From: Candidatus Eiseniibacteriota bacterium | GTDB taxonomy: Bacteria > Eisenbacteria > RBG-16-71-46 | Assembly: GCA_038231135.1 (NCBI GenBank) | Contig: JBBRLX010000001.1 | Coordinates: forward strand, 1 to 64,000 | Reading direction: 5' to 3' | Length of the DNA: 64,000 bases | Part shown: positions 19,934-29,685 of the stretch, one piece after another | Position numbering within the stretch: position 1 is the first letter of the stretch | Layout of the letters: each line of letters begins with the position of its first letter | Notes under the pieces: model-generated | Told to the model about the DNA's origin: nothing | Databases searched by the model: none | The model's input: the letters and a program-made list of their open reading frames with translations, nothing else | Translations under genes and position numbers: made by a program

Positions 19934-21516
19934 TCATGCTTCGTAGATCCGTGGGCATCGTCGTGGCGCTCGCGGGTTGTCTCGCGCTCGGCGTCGCGCT
20001 GCCCGGGATGGCCGCGACGCCCGTGAAGAACGTGCTCTCGAGCCCCAGGACCGGGGCCGCGAAAGCCAGGCCGGCTGCGAAGGCCGGCGCGACAGCCGCG
20101 TCCACGCACCGGACCGCGTCGAAGCCCGCGGCCATGGCGAACGGTCTCGATCGTTCCAAGCCGCCGGTGCTGGGCCCGCTGCCGCCGCTCGCGCTGCCCG
20201 CCATCCAGTCGCAGAAGCTGGCGAACGGGCTCGAGCTGGACGTGGTCGAGATGCACGAGGTGCCGGTCGTCGACGTGACGCTGCTGCTCCACGCGGGGGC
20301 GATGCGCGATCCCGCCGACACGCCGGGAATCGCGACGTTCACCGCGAACATGCTCGACGAGGGCGCGGGGTCGCGCGACGCGCTCGCGATCGCGGACGAG
20401 GAGGCGTATCTCGGCGCCGAGCTGAGCACGGCCGCGGGTGCGGAGAACGCCACCGTGAACCTGCACTGCACCAAACCCAAACTCGGGCCCGCGCTCGATC
20501 TGATGTCGGACGTGGTGCTGCGGCCGGCGTTCGCGGATTCCGAGATCACGCGGCAGCGCGAGCTGCGCAAGAACGCACTGCTCCAGCTACGCGACCAGCC
20601 CACCCAGATCGCGCCGATCGCGTTCAACGCGATTGTGTTCGGCAACGGCCACCCCTATGGGCGGCCGGCGGGCGGCAACGAAGCCTCGACCGAGCGTCTC
20701 GATCGCACCCGGGTGAAGGCGTTCTACGACGCTTACTACCGGCCCGACAACGCGCGGCTGCTGATCGTGGGTGACATCACTCCGGCCGAGGCGAAGGGCC
20801 TCGCCGAGGCGCGGTTCGGTTCGTGGAAGGCGGGCAGTGCAACGCCGCCGCCGGTAGCGACCGCTCCGGCCGCGGGGCCGCGGACGTTCTACCTGGTCGA
20901 CAAGCCGGGCGCGGCGCAGTCGGTGATCCGGATGGGCAACGTCGGCGTGGCGCGCTCGACTCCCGACTACTTCCCGTTGCGCGTGCTCAACACCATGCTC
21001 GGCGGCTCGTTCACGTCGCGGCTCAACCAGAACCTGCGTGAGACCCACGGGTACACGTATGGCGCGCGCTCGGCATTCGACATGCGGCGGCTCCCGGGGC
21101 CGTTCGTCGCGACCGCCTCGGTCGTGACCGCGAAGACCGACAGCTCGCTGATCGAGTTCTTCAAGGAGCTGCGGCGCATCCGTACCGAGCCGGTGCCGGA
21201 AACGGAGCTGCAGAAGACCAAGTCGAACATGACGCTGGGATTGCCCGGCGACTTCGAGACCACCGCGGACGCCGCGGTGCAATACCTCGACCTGATCGCG
21301 AACGACCTGCCGCTCGATTCGTATTCGGGATACATCGACAAGATCGAGGCCGTCACCGCCGCCGACGTGCAGCGTGTGGCGGAGAAGTACATCGACCCGG
21401 ACCACTTCGTGGTCGTGGTGGTCGGAGACCGCAAGGTGATCGAGCCAGGCATCAAGGCGCTCAACGAAGGCCCGATCGTCGCGCGCGACTTGTGGGGGCA
21501 GGAGATGCGTCCATAA
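19930..21516 (+). CDS. M16 peptidase partner subunit (non-catalytic)
   Basis: LANGL, HPYG, LGGSFTSRLNQNLRETHGYTYG; lacks HxxEH; ATGA overlap. Confidence 0.9.
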   Translation: MIMLRRSVGIVVALAGCLALGVALPGMAATPVKNVLSSPRTGAAKARPAAKAGATAASTHRTASKPAAMANGLDRSKPPVLGPLPPLALPAIQSQKLANGLELDVVEMHEVPVVDVTLLLHAGAMRDPADTPGIATFTANMLDEGAGSRDALAIADEEAYLGAELSTAAGAENATVNLHCTKPKLGPALDLMSDVVLRPAFADSEITRQRELRKNALLQLRDQPTQIAPIAFNAIVFGNGHPYGRPAGGNEASTERLDRTRVKAFYDAYYRPDNARLLIVGDITPAEAKGLAEARFGSWKAGSATPPPVATAPAAGPRTFYLVDKPGAAQSVIRMGNVGVARSTPDYFPLRVLNTMLGGSFTSRLNQNLRETHGYTYGARSAFDMRRLPGPFVATASVVTAKTDSSLIEFFKELRRIRTEPVPETELQKTKSNMTLGLPGDFETTADAAVQYLDLIANDLPLDSYSGYIDKIEAVTAADVQRVAEKYIDPDHFVVVVVGDRKVIEPGIKALNEGPIVARDLWGQEMRP

Positions 21517-21555
21517 CGCGGCGACAGCCGCAATAGAAAGACGGATCAAACGAAT

Positions 21556-21591
21556 TGCGCCGGGTGCTTCGAGCACCCGGCGCATTGTTTT
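21556..21591 (+). terminator. Intrinsic terminator after the M16 pair
   Basis: TGCGCCGGGTGC-TTCGA-GCACCCGGCGCA followed by TTGTTTT. Confidence 0.85.
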
Positions 21592-21648
21592 GGATCTTGC
21601 GGGCTACGCCCGCGCGGGCCCGCAACTACCGCCCGCAAGAAGCCGCCG

Positions 21649-22188
21649 CTACTTCTTCGGCACGAACGACAGCGCCGCCGAGTTCATGCAGAAGCGTTCC
21701 CCTGTCGGCTTGGGACCGTCGTCGAACAGGTGGCCCAGATGGCCGCCGCAGCGCGCGCACAGCACCTCGACGCGCTCCATGCCGAGCGACGCGTCCTTGT
21801 GCAACACCACGTGATCCTTTTCGACCGGCGCCCAGAAGCTCGGCCAGCCGGTGCCGGACTCGAACTTCTGCTCCGACCGGAACAATTCGAGCCCGCACCC
21901 GGCGCACTTGTAGACACCGGGATCGTGCTCGTCCCAGTAGGCGCCGGTGAACGCCGTCTCGGTGCCGGCCTCGCGCAGCACCCGATACTGTTGGGGCGAA
22001 AGCTCCTTCCGCCACTCCGCATCCGTCTTCACGACATGTCCCACTTTGCCTCCATGTTTCGCGGGTTCGGCCGTCGCACCATCGCGCCGCGACGCCGGCT
22101 TGGCGCCCGCCTCGCGCGCGAGCGGCAACACCAGCGCGAGCGCGGTCACGGCGAGCAGCATCGACCAACCCTGGGTTTGGCGTGTCAT
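21649..22188 (-). CDS. msrB: Methionine-R-sulfoxide reductase with signal peptide
   Basis: [48 protein letters not shown]. Confidence 0.96.
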   Translation of the reverse strand: MTRQTQGWSMLLAVTALALVLPLAREAGAKPASRRDGATAEPAKHGGKVGHVVKTDAEWRKELSPQQYRVLREAGTETAFTGAYWDEHDPGVYKCAGCGLELFRSEQKFESGTGWPSFWAPVEKDHVVLHKDASLGMERVEVLCARCGGHLGHLFDDGPKPTGERFCMNSAALSFVPKK

Positions 22189-22341
22189 TGGATCCTCCAA
22201 ATGGGGCGCCGTTGCCGGCCGGTCGGCCTGCCGCCCGGCGCCGTCATCCTCAATACGCAGGAGTGCGGCATTTGGGATGTCCTGGGACCGGTTTCCAGGT
22301 TCGGAAACGGTCAAGCCTTAGGGCCTTTAACCTGCGCGTGC

Positions 22342-23070
22342 TCATTGGATCCTGAGCGCCTTCCGCGCCGCGGGCAGCGCGAGCTCCGCCCAGGCGGCGT
22401 GCATCACGGGCGACGGATGGAGTCCGTCCCCCGCCACGAGCTTCGGGTCGCCGGCCACGAGCCGCGACTCGGGCGTCACGTCCACCCACTGCGCGCCGGC
22501 GTGCGCCACGCCCTCGCGAGCGGTCGTGTTGAACGCGTCGATCTGTCGCGCGATCGCGGCCCGGTCGCGGCCTGCGGCGAACGGCGTCACGCCCCAGTCG
22601 GGGATCGACAGCACCACGACCCGATCCGCGCGGCCGCCCGCGAATGCCACCGCGCGCGCCAGCAGCGTGTCGAACTGCGCCCGGTATTCCGTCACGGAGC
22701 GGCCGCGGTACTGGTTGTTCACGCCGATCATCAGCGTGACCAGGTCGTAGGGCCCGCGCGGCGCCGCGGCGTCGATGGCGGCCGACAGCTCGTCGGTGGT
22801 CCAGCCGGTGCGCGCGATGATGTCGGGGGCGTCCATGGCGGCACCGGAGGCCACGAGCCCTGCCACCAGCCGCTCCGGCCACCGGTCCGTCGCGGCCACG
22901 CTCTCGCCGATCGTGTAGGAATCGCCCAGCGCCAGGAAACGCATGCTGCCTCCGGTGCGCTCCTCCGCGGGCGCGGAACGCTCGTGCTGCACCGCGCATC
23001 CGGCCGCGAGGACGCCGAGTGCGACCACCAACGCCCGTCGTGCCACGGCTGCCCAATCCATGGGCTGCAT
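22342..23070 (-). CDS. SGNH/GDSL hydrolase lipoprotein (start uncertain)
   Basis: LAAGC lipobox, LALGDSYT, GVNNQY, DGLHPS. Confidence 0.9.
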   Translation of the reverse strand: MQPMDWAAVARRALVVALGVLAAGCAVQHERSAPAEERTGGSMRFLALGDSYTIGESVAATDRWPERLVAGLVASGAAMDAPDIIARTGWTTDELSAAIDAAAPRGPYDLVTLMIGVNNQYRGRSVTEYRAQFDTLLARAVAFAGGRADRVVVLSIPDWGVTPFAAGRDRAAIARQIDAFNTTAREGVAHAGAQWVDVTPESRLVAGDPKLVAGDGLHPSPVMHAAWAELALPAARKALRIQ

Positions 23071-23086
23071 GGTACTGTGATCGGTC

Positions 23087-24217
23087 ATGAATCGCATGCG
23101 ACTCGATCATATGGAGTGGAGCAAGGGCACGCTCGGCATGGCGGCGATCGACCTCGCCGACAGCGCGATCTCGGCGCCGGATCTGGCGGCTCTGGGGCTG
23201 CCGCACACGGCGCAACTGCCGTCCTCCGGTCTCGCGCTCGTGCATCAGCTCGAGCGCGCGCTCGGGGTTCGCCTGGCGGCTCCCGGGGGCAGGGTACAGG
23301 TGGTGGCTGGCGCCAGCGAGGCGATTGCCGTGGTGTTCGGCGCGCTGCTCGACCCCGGCGACGAAGTGCTGGTGGAAACGCCGGGCTACCAGCCCCACGC
23401 CGAGGTACCGAAATTGTTCGGCGCCACGGTGCGGACATTCGCGCGGTCTCGCGGGCAGGGCTATGCTGGATGGGCATCGGCGATCGAGGAGCAGCTCGGG
23501 TCCGCCACCCGGCTGGTGGTGCTGTCGGACCTCCACAACCCGAGCGGTGCCATGGCTACGACGGCGGACCTCGACGCGCTCGGTGTGCTCGCCCAAGCGC
23601 GCGGCTTCCACGTGCTCGTCGACGAAACGTTTCGCGACGCCGGTCCGGCGCCCACCGGCACCATCGCCGTGCGCGGCCCCCAGTGGGTCAGCATCAGCTC
23701 GCTCACCAAGGCCTACGGACTCGGCGGACTGCGCATCGGCTGGATCGCGGCGCACGCCGATGTGCTGCTCCGGTGTTTCGAGTGCCATGACGGGCTGTCG
23801 GTGCAGCCGTCTCACCTAAGCGTGGCGCTGGCGCTCGAGTTGATCCCGCACCTCGACGCCCTGCGCGCTCGCACGCACCGGCTGCTGGCGGCGAACCATA
23901 TCCACTGGGCCCAGTTCATCGCCCGGGTCGGCGCGGCACTCGAGCGCGCCGGCATGCCGCTCCAGCGCGGGGTGGCGCCGTGCGGCACCACGACATTTGC
24001 GGCATTCGGCCGGGAGGGTCTGGGCGATGCGTTCGCCCGGCACGCGTTCGAGCGATACGACGTCGCCGTGACCCCCGGGCGCTTCTTCGGCGACGCGGCG
24101 GGATTTCGGGTCGGGCTCGGAGTCGAGGCGGCGCAGCTCGACGCCGGCATCGAGCGCCTGGAACGCGCCGCGCGCGAGTTTCCCACAACCCTCACCGCAC
24201 GCGAGGCGATTGCATGA
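23087..24217 (+). CDS. PLP-dependent aminotransferase class I/II
   Basis: LHNPSG, VLVDETF, SSLTKAYGLGGLRIGW, VTPGRFF. Confidence 0.9.
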   Translation: MNRMRLDHMEWSKGTLGMAAIDLADSAISAPDLAALGLPHTAQLPSSGLALVHQLERALGVRLAAPGGRVQVVAGASEAIAVVFGALLDPGDEVLVETPGYQPHAEVPKLFGATVRTFARSRGQGYAGWASAIEEQLGSATRLVVLSDLHNPSGAMATTADLDALGVLAQARGFHVLVDETFRDAGPAPTGTIAVRGPQWVSISSLTKAYGLGGLRIGWIAAHADVLLRCFECHDGLSVQPSHLSVALALELIPHLDALRARTHRLLAANHIHWAQFIARVGAALERAGMPLQRGVAPCGTTTFAAFGREGLGDAFARHAFERYDVAVTPGRFFGDAAGFRVGLGVEAAQLDAGIERLERAAREFPTTLTAREAIA

Positions 24218-24675
24218 CCGAACCCAGCATCATGGATCGGATCCAGACCGAGATGGTCGCCGCCATGAAGTCCAAGGATGTCGACACGTTGAGCACGCTG
24301 CGTATGCTCAAGACGGCGTTGATGGAAGCCAAGACCAAGAAGCCCAAGGACGCCGTGCTGTCGGCGGACGAGGAGATCGAGATCCTGCAGCGCTACGTGA
24401 AGAAGCGCCGCGAGGGGATCGAGGAATACCGCAAGCTCGGCCGCGAGGACGTGGTGGCGAAGGAGGAGCAGGAGATCGCCGTCACCGCGCGGTTCCTGCC
24501 GCAGGCGGTGTCCGAGGCCGAGCTGCGCGCGGTGGTGGCGGAGGCCGTGAAGCAATCCGGCGCCACGGGCCCGCGCGAGATGGGCAAGGTGATCGGCCTC
24601 GTGATGGCGCAGGTCAAGGGCCGCGCCGAGGGAGCGCAGGTCTCGAAGCTGGTGAAGGAGGCGCTCGGAAGCTGA
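24214..24675 (+). CDS. yqeY: GatB/YqeY domain protein
   Basis: MVAAMKSKD..LSTLRML..KKRREGIEEY..FLPQ..MGKVIG. Confidence 0.93.
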   Translation: MTEPSIMDRIQTEMVAAMKSKDVDTLSTLRMLKTALMEAKTKKPKDAVLSADEEIEILQRYVKKRREGIEEYRKLGREDVVAKEEQEIAVTARFLPQAVSEAELRAVVAEAVKQSGATGPREMGKVIGLVMAQVKGRAEGAQVSKLVKEALGS

Positions 24676-24712
24676 GCTTCCGAACGGCAACCGACTCTGT
24701 TAAGTTATTGCA

Positions 24713-25384
24713 ATGAAAGCGACTCCTCCGAAGCGGCCGTGGTTCTCGAGTTCCATGTGGGTGAGCGTTGCATGGGTTGCCTGTGCGCTGGCCCTGCATG
24801 CGCAGCCGTTGGCCGCGTCCTCGCGGTCCGAACGGGCTCCGCGGCTTGTCGTGCCCGGCTCCAGCGTGTTGCACGCCGATGAGCGAATCGACCTGCGGTG
24901 GCACGGTGGAGGAAGGAACGTCGAGGAGATGGAGATCCTGCTCACGACCGACGGGCCCAACGGTCGCACCGTGCGTATCTCGCCGCAGCTCGATCCCCGG
25001 CGCGGCGTCTTCGTCTGGCGCGTGCCCGATCTGGGTGGGGCCACGTCCGCGCGCCTGAGCGTGCGTTTCAATTGCGACGGCCACGAAATCGAAGGCGAGC
25101 CCACGAGTATGCTCCGTATTCTCTCGGCTGCAGATCCATCGCCGCCCGCCGCTCTGCTGCCGGAGGCGGCCGACCGTGAGGCGGGGTCATCGGCCAATGG
25201 TCGCGGCGGCGACAAGGGTTCGAGCGCCGGCAGCGGCGAATCCGAAGCGGGCCGCGAGATCCACCAGCTCCTGCGCGCCGCGAGCCAGTCCCACAGTCCG
25301 ACCTCGGGCGAGCTCGCCGGGTCGTCGGCTCCGCCCAATTCACGCCAGTTCTCCATTCCGCCATTCGTGCCCACGCGGAACTGA
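24713..25384 (+). CDS. Hypothetical exported protein
   Basis: Signal-like N-terminus, beta-rich region (LRW..EEMEILL..DG..RISPQL..FVWRVP), low-complexity tail. Confidence 0.55.
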   Translation: MKATPPKRPWFSSSMWVSVAWVACALALHAQPLAASSRSERAPRLVVPGSSVLHADERIDLRWHGGGRNVEEMEILLTTDGPNGRTVRISPQLDPRRGVFVWRVPDLGGATSARLSVRFNCDGHEIEGEPTSMLRILSAADPSPPAALLPEAADREAGSSANGRGGDKGSSAGSGESEAGREIHQLLRAASQSHSPTSGELAGSSAPPNSRQFSIPPFVPTRN

Positions 25385-25672
25385 TCGCGTTCGGGGCGAA
25401 CCCGGATCTCCCATAGACCTCGAACCCGCGGTGCGACACGGTCGCGGGCGATAACGAGCGTCGTATCGAGAAGGAGACGGTGCACGTCGCGACCTCACGT
25501 GCGGCCCGCGCTCCCTCGCGAGATTCCCGTTCACAAAACCACGAACTGCAGACCTAGCCCACTCGGGCGGGTCATTCAAACCTACTGGACCTTCGCCGTT
25601 CGGGACGATTCCAAGCCCCGGGCCATTTGCGAAACCATGAATTCCGGCATGACACCCAAGGAGACTCGTACG

Positions 25673-27964
25673 ATGAATCGCGGCCGTAGCATGTCCAACA
25701 CACTCGCCATCACCTTCGCGACGCTGCTGTCGTGGGCCGCCGGCGCGGCGGCGCAATCCATTATCGGAACCGTTGGCTCCGCGGGCAGCGGCATCGTCGG
25801 AGCAACGGTGCGGGTCCTGGAGCTCAATCGCATCGAACACACGGGTGCCCACGGACAATTCACGTTCCCCAACATTCCGAAGGGAACGTACAGGGTCTTC
25901 GCGGGCGCCATCGGGCACGCGTCCACGATTCAGACGGTCGAGGTGGGCGGCGCCAACGTGTCGGTAGCATTCGATCTCAAGGAATCCGCGATCCCGATGG
26001 AGGAGATCGTGGTTTCCGCATCGCCTTATGCGCGGCCGGCGGACGATCAGTATCAGGCAGCGGAGTCCAAGTCCCAGGTCGAATTCGAGAACAGCGCAGG
26101 TTCGAGCTTCGCCGAGAAACTCTCGGATCTGCCAGGGGTCACGGTCCGCGCCAACGGCTCCGCCCCATCGCGACCGATTCTGCGGGGCCTGTCCGACAAC
26201 CGCGTCCTGATCCTCGAGAACGGACTCCGCACCGGCGACATCGCGACCTACGATCCGGCGCATGCCACCCCGATCGAAGCCATCGGCGTGTCGCAGATCG
26301 ACGTGGTGCGCGGTCCCGCGAGCATCCTCTACGGACCCAGCACCATCGGTGGACTCGTCAACGTCATCACCAACGTCGTGCCCGCCGTTTCGGACCGTCC
26401 CGTCTCCGGTACGATGGCCGTCGAGGGTAATTCCGTGAGCGATCAGTACGCCGGCTACTTCAATACGGTCTACAGCGGCAATCACCAGGCGTTCCGGGTG
26501 TCCGCCGGTGGACTCCATTCCCAGGATATTCGTATTCCGTCGGGCTCGTACACGGATCCCGCCAGCGGCGTGGCATTCGATCTCGACCGCATGCCGCAGA
26601 CGTTCGATCACAGCCACGAGGAGGGCCTCGGCTACTCCTATCAGGGCGACTTCGGCACGATCGGCATCGGTGGCAAGCACTACGAGATGAACTACGGCAT
26701 TCCCGGAGTCCCGCCGAACCCGGATTGGGAGACCAATCCCCCGGCAACGTCACGCATTGCCCAGCGCAGGAATACGGTCGAGCTCCTGAGCACGATCAAC
26801 GGCGGCAACTCATGGGCGAGGCAGTGGAAGCTCAACGCGAACTACAACGACTACAATCACTCGGAGTTCCCGACCGCCCAGGACTCGACCGGCGTATCCG
26901 ATCCGCAGGCGAATCATTTTCACAAACGCGCGTTCAACGCGGACCTGCGGCTGCAGCATCGGCCGGCGGGCAGGCTCCAGGGCACGCTCGGGCTGTGGAC
27001 GAACATCGAGAACCTCACCATCGACGGCGACCAGCCGCTCGGGCCGAACTCGGTGACCAGCGGCTACGCGGGCTACGCGTTCGAGGAGTATCGTGTGGCG
27101 GAGCACACGCGCCTGCAGGGCGGCCTGCGCTTCGACTACAACAGGATCCAGACGAACCCGAGCGCCTCATCCACGGATTCGGTGTTCCAGACGCTCGACG
27201 TGACGAAGACATCCAATGCGGTCACCGCGTCGTTCGGCGCGATCCATGAGATCAGCTCCGAGGTGACCGGTTCCGTGAACGTCGCCCGTTCGTTCCGCGC
27301 CCCCACGGTGCAGGAGTTGTTCGCCAACGGGCTCGATGCTCCGAGCGGTACCTATTCGATCGGCACCGATGACCTGGAGTCGGAGACGGGGTTGGGTGTG
27401 GACGCGATGCTCAAGGGCAATTTCCAGACGGCATCCTTCGAGGTGTCGCCCTACCTCAACGTCATCCACAACTACATCTACGGGTTCCTGCGCGGCGACA
27501 CGATTCAGGCGTTCCCCGTCCGCAAGTTCGCCGCCACCGATGCGCGCCTGGCAGGGTTCGAAGCGAGTGCGACGGTTCAGGTGGCCAAGCACATGGCGAT
27601 CAAAGCGAGCGGGGACTACGTCAACGCGGAGGACACGAAGCTGAACGTGCCGCTCCCGTTCACGCCGCCACTCCGGGGACTCGTGCGCGGGACGTATCAG
27701 GACGACAAGTACATGGCCATGGCCGAGTGGCGTGGTGCGGCGAAGCAGACGCGGCTCGGCGACGGCGACACTCCCACGCCCGGATACGGCATCGCGAATG
27801 TCGGCGTGGGGCTGCGGTTCGTCAAAGGTGGGATCGTGCACAATCTCAGCGTCCACTGCGACAACGTGTTCGATCGCGTCTACCGGGACCATCTCTCGGT
27901 CATCAAGGACTTCCTCCCGCAACCGGCACGGGGCTTCCGGCTGAACTTCGAAATTCAGTTCTAA
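25673..27964 (+). CDS. TonB-dependent receptor (ZnuD-like, probable metal uptake)
   Basis: AAGGAG RBS; carboxypeptidase-regulatory-like N domain, plug (RPILRGL, IDVVRGPASILYG), RAPTVQELF, YRDHLS, terminal Phe. Confidence 0.92.
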   Translation: MNRGRSMSNTLAITFATLLSWAAGAAAQSIIGTVGSAGSGIVGATVRVLELNRIEHTGAHGQFTFPNIPKGTYRVFAGAIGHASTIQTVEVGGANVSVAFDLKESAIPMEEIVVSASPYARPADDQYQAAESKSQVEFENSAGSSFAEKLSDLPGVTVRANGSAPSRPILRGLSDNRVLILENGLRTGDIATYDPAHATPIEAIGVSQIDVVRGPASILYGPSTIGGLVNVITNVVPAVSDRPVSGTMAVEGNSVSDQYAGYFNTVYSGNHQAFRVSAGGLHSQDIRIPSGSYTDPASGVAFDLDRMPQTFDHSHEEGLGYSYQGDFGTIGIGGKHYEMNYGIPGVPPNPDWETNPPATSRIAQRRNTVELLSTINGGNSWARQWKLNANYNDYNHSEFPTAQDSTGVSDPQANHFHKRAFNADLRLQHRPAGRLQGTLGLWTNIENLTIDGDQPLGPNSVTSGYAGYAFEEYRVAEHTRLQGGLRFDYNRIQTNPSASSTDSVFQTLDVTKTSNAVTASFGAIHEISSEVTGSVNVARSFRAPTVQELFANGLDAPSGTYSIGTDDLESETGLGVDAMLKGNFQTASFEVSPYLNVIHNYIYGFLRGDTIQAFPVRKFAATDARLAGFEASATVQVAKHMAIKASGDYVNAEDTKLNVPLPFTPPLRGLVRGTYQDDKYMAMAEWRGAAKQTRLGDGDTPTPGYGIANVGVGLRFVKGGIVHNLSVHCDNVFDRVYRDHLSVIKDFLPQPARGFRLNFEIQF

Positions 27965-27979
27965 CGGTCCCTGCAACCC

Positions 27980-28008
27980 ATCGGGGGACGCTCCGTGCGT
28001 CCCCCGAT
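27980..28008. terminator. Hairpin between convergent genes (probable terminator)
   Basis: ATCGGGGGACGC-TCCGT-GCGTCCCCCGAT 12-bp stem. Confidence 0.7.
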
Positions 28009-28015
28009 TCTGACT

Positions 28016-28792
28016 TCACAGGGCGAATCTTCCCCGGAAGAATGCGGTCATCGCCACCCACGAGCGTCGCGCGGCCTTTTCATCGTAGGCCAGGCCGGGG
28101 ATCTTATACGCGTCGGCGCCGGGGTTGGTGAACCCGTGCACGGCGTGGCCGAAGTAGAACATCTGCCAGTCCACGCCCTTCTCGTCCATGCCCTTCTGGA
28201 ACGCGGCGATTTGAGCGGGGCTCTCGAACGTATCGGCTGCGCCATGGCAAACCAGAATCGCAGGCTTGATCGAGTCGCCCGGTTGCGGGGCAGGAAGGCC
28301 GCCGTGGAACGTCACGACGCCCCTCAGGTCGGCGCCGCTGTAGGCCAGTTCCAGCGCGCACGCGCCGCCGAAGCAGTAACCGGTCGCGCCCAGCCGGGCA
28401 TGGTCGACCGCGGGTACCGCAGTCAGCTGATCCAGTGCCGCGATCGCCCGTTCCCGCATCGCCGGCTTGCCGTAGACTTCGCCCGAGAGCTTCCCCGCCT
28501 CGGTTGCATCGTTCGTCGTCTTGCCGCCGCCATACATGTCGGCTACAAACGCGACATACCCAAGCCTGGCCACATCGGTCCCCACGCCCTTCATGCGGTC
28601 ATTCACCCCCCACCATTCAGGGAATACCACCACACCCGGACGCGGTCCCTTCAGGGCGTCGTCGTAAACCAGAAATCCTTTCATCTGCACATCGCCGGCC
28701 TTGTAGGTGACGGTCTTGGTTACGATGGCCGCGTTCGCGGCTGGAACGAAGATCGATAATGCCAGGCAGACGGCAGCGGCTTGGGCGCGCAT
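28016..28792 (-). CDS. Dienelactone hydrolase family protein (exported)
   Basis: PEWWG, GYCFGG nucleophile elbow, HGAAD, HGFTNP. Confidence 0.93.
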   Translation of the reverse strand: MRAQAAAVCLALSIFVPAANAAIVTKTVTYKAGDVQMKGFLVYDDALKGPRPGVVVFPEWWGVNDRMKGVGTDVARLGYVAFVADMYGGGKTTNDATEAGKLSGEVYGKPAMRERAIAALDQLTAVPAVDHARLGATGYCFGGACALELAYSGADLRGVVTFHGGLPAPQPGDSIKPAILVCHGAADTFESPAQIAAFQKGMDEKGVDWQMFYFGHAVHGFTNPGADAYKIPGLAYDEKAARRSWVAMTAFFRGRFAL

Positions 28793-29115
28793 GGTTTTCG
28801 AGTCCTTTCTGGAACGGGAAGGGAATTGGCATCGGTGCACAGCGTCCCCAGCCGATCACGCCAAGGCATGGCTGGAGTCTAGCGCGGACAATTCAAGAAT
28901 CGCCAGCCGGCGTTCGAGCTGTCTGCGCTGCGTTCCCTTGCGAATCTTGTGAGCGGGCGAAGGAGCGTGACGATGGCACGGTTCCCCACGCCGGTAGTCA
29001 CCAGACGGGAAAGTCATATCTCCTTGCCGCGGGCGCGCCTACAATGAGCCGGATGAAACGGACCGGCCGACCCCGCGTCCGCGGATGACCCGGCTTTAGC
29101 GGAAAGACGGCCGCC

Positions 29116-29685
29116 ATGCCTCGCAACGACATCACACAGATCCTGCGCGACCTGCGCGGCGGTGAACGCGATGCCGTCGGGGCCCTGCTGCCGCTCGTCT
29201 ACGACGAGCTGCGCGTCATGGCGCACAGGCGCCTCTCTCCGGGCGCCCGGGACGTGACTCTCGACACCACCGCCCTGGTCCACGAGGCCTATCTCCGTCT
29301 GTTCGACCGCGACCGGCTCGATTGGAAGGACCGGCGCCATTTCTTCTCGGTCGCCGCCATCGCCATGCGCCAGATCGTGGTGGACCACGCCCGCCGCCGC
29401 AGCACCACCAAGCGCGGCGGCCACCTCAGGCGGGTCGACCTCGACTCGTCGCAGCTCGCCCTCGAGGGCCAGGCCGAAGAAATTCTGGCCCTCAACGACG
29501 CACTTTCGCGTTTAGCCTTGTTGGACGAGCGACTCGCCCGCGTTGTCGAGCTCCGGTTCTTTGCCGGCCTCTCGGTGGAGGAGGTCGCCCAGGTGATGGA
29601 GACCAGCGAGCGCACCGTGAAGCGCGACTGGCGCAAGGCGTGCGCGCTGCTCTATCAGGCGATGACCGCCGAGGAGCCGAGATGA
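29116..29685 (+). CDS. ECF sigma factor of the kinase-associated type (ECF43/TIGR02999-like)
   Basis: LLPLVYDELR, TLDTTALVHEAYLRL, MRQIVVDHARRR..KRGG, VVELRFFAGL, TVKRDW. Confidence 0.93.
   Translation: MPRNDITQILRDLRGGERDAVGALLPLVYDELRVMAHRRLSPGARDVTLDTTALVHEAYLRLFDRDRLDWKDRRHFFSVAAIAMRQIVVDHARRRSTTKRGGHLRRVDLDSSQLALEGQAEEILALNDALSRLALLDERLARVVELRFFAGLSVEEVAQVMETSERTVKRDWRKACALLYQAMTAEEPR

Noticed and set aside
24699..24713. Loose TAA-N5-TGC motif also seen near 5087-5100 and 44711-44724 (minus)
   Set aside because: Too degenerate and too few copies to call a regulatory motif without a genome-wide test.
25385..25672. Possible cobalamin or other riboswitch upstream of the TonB receptor
   Set aside because: No B12-box or other recognisable aptamer consensus by eye.
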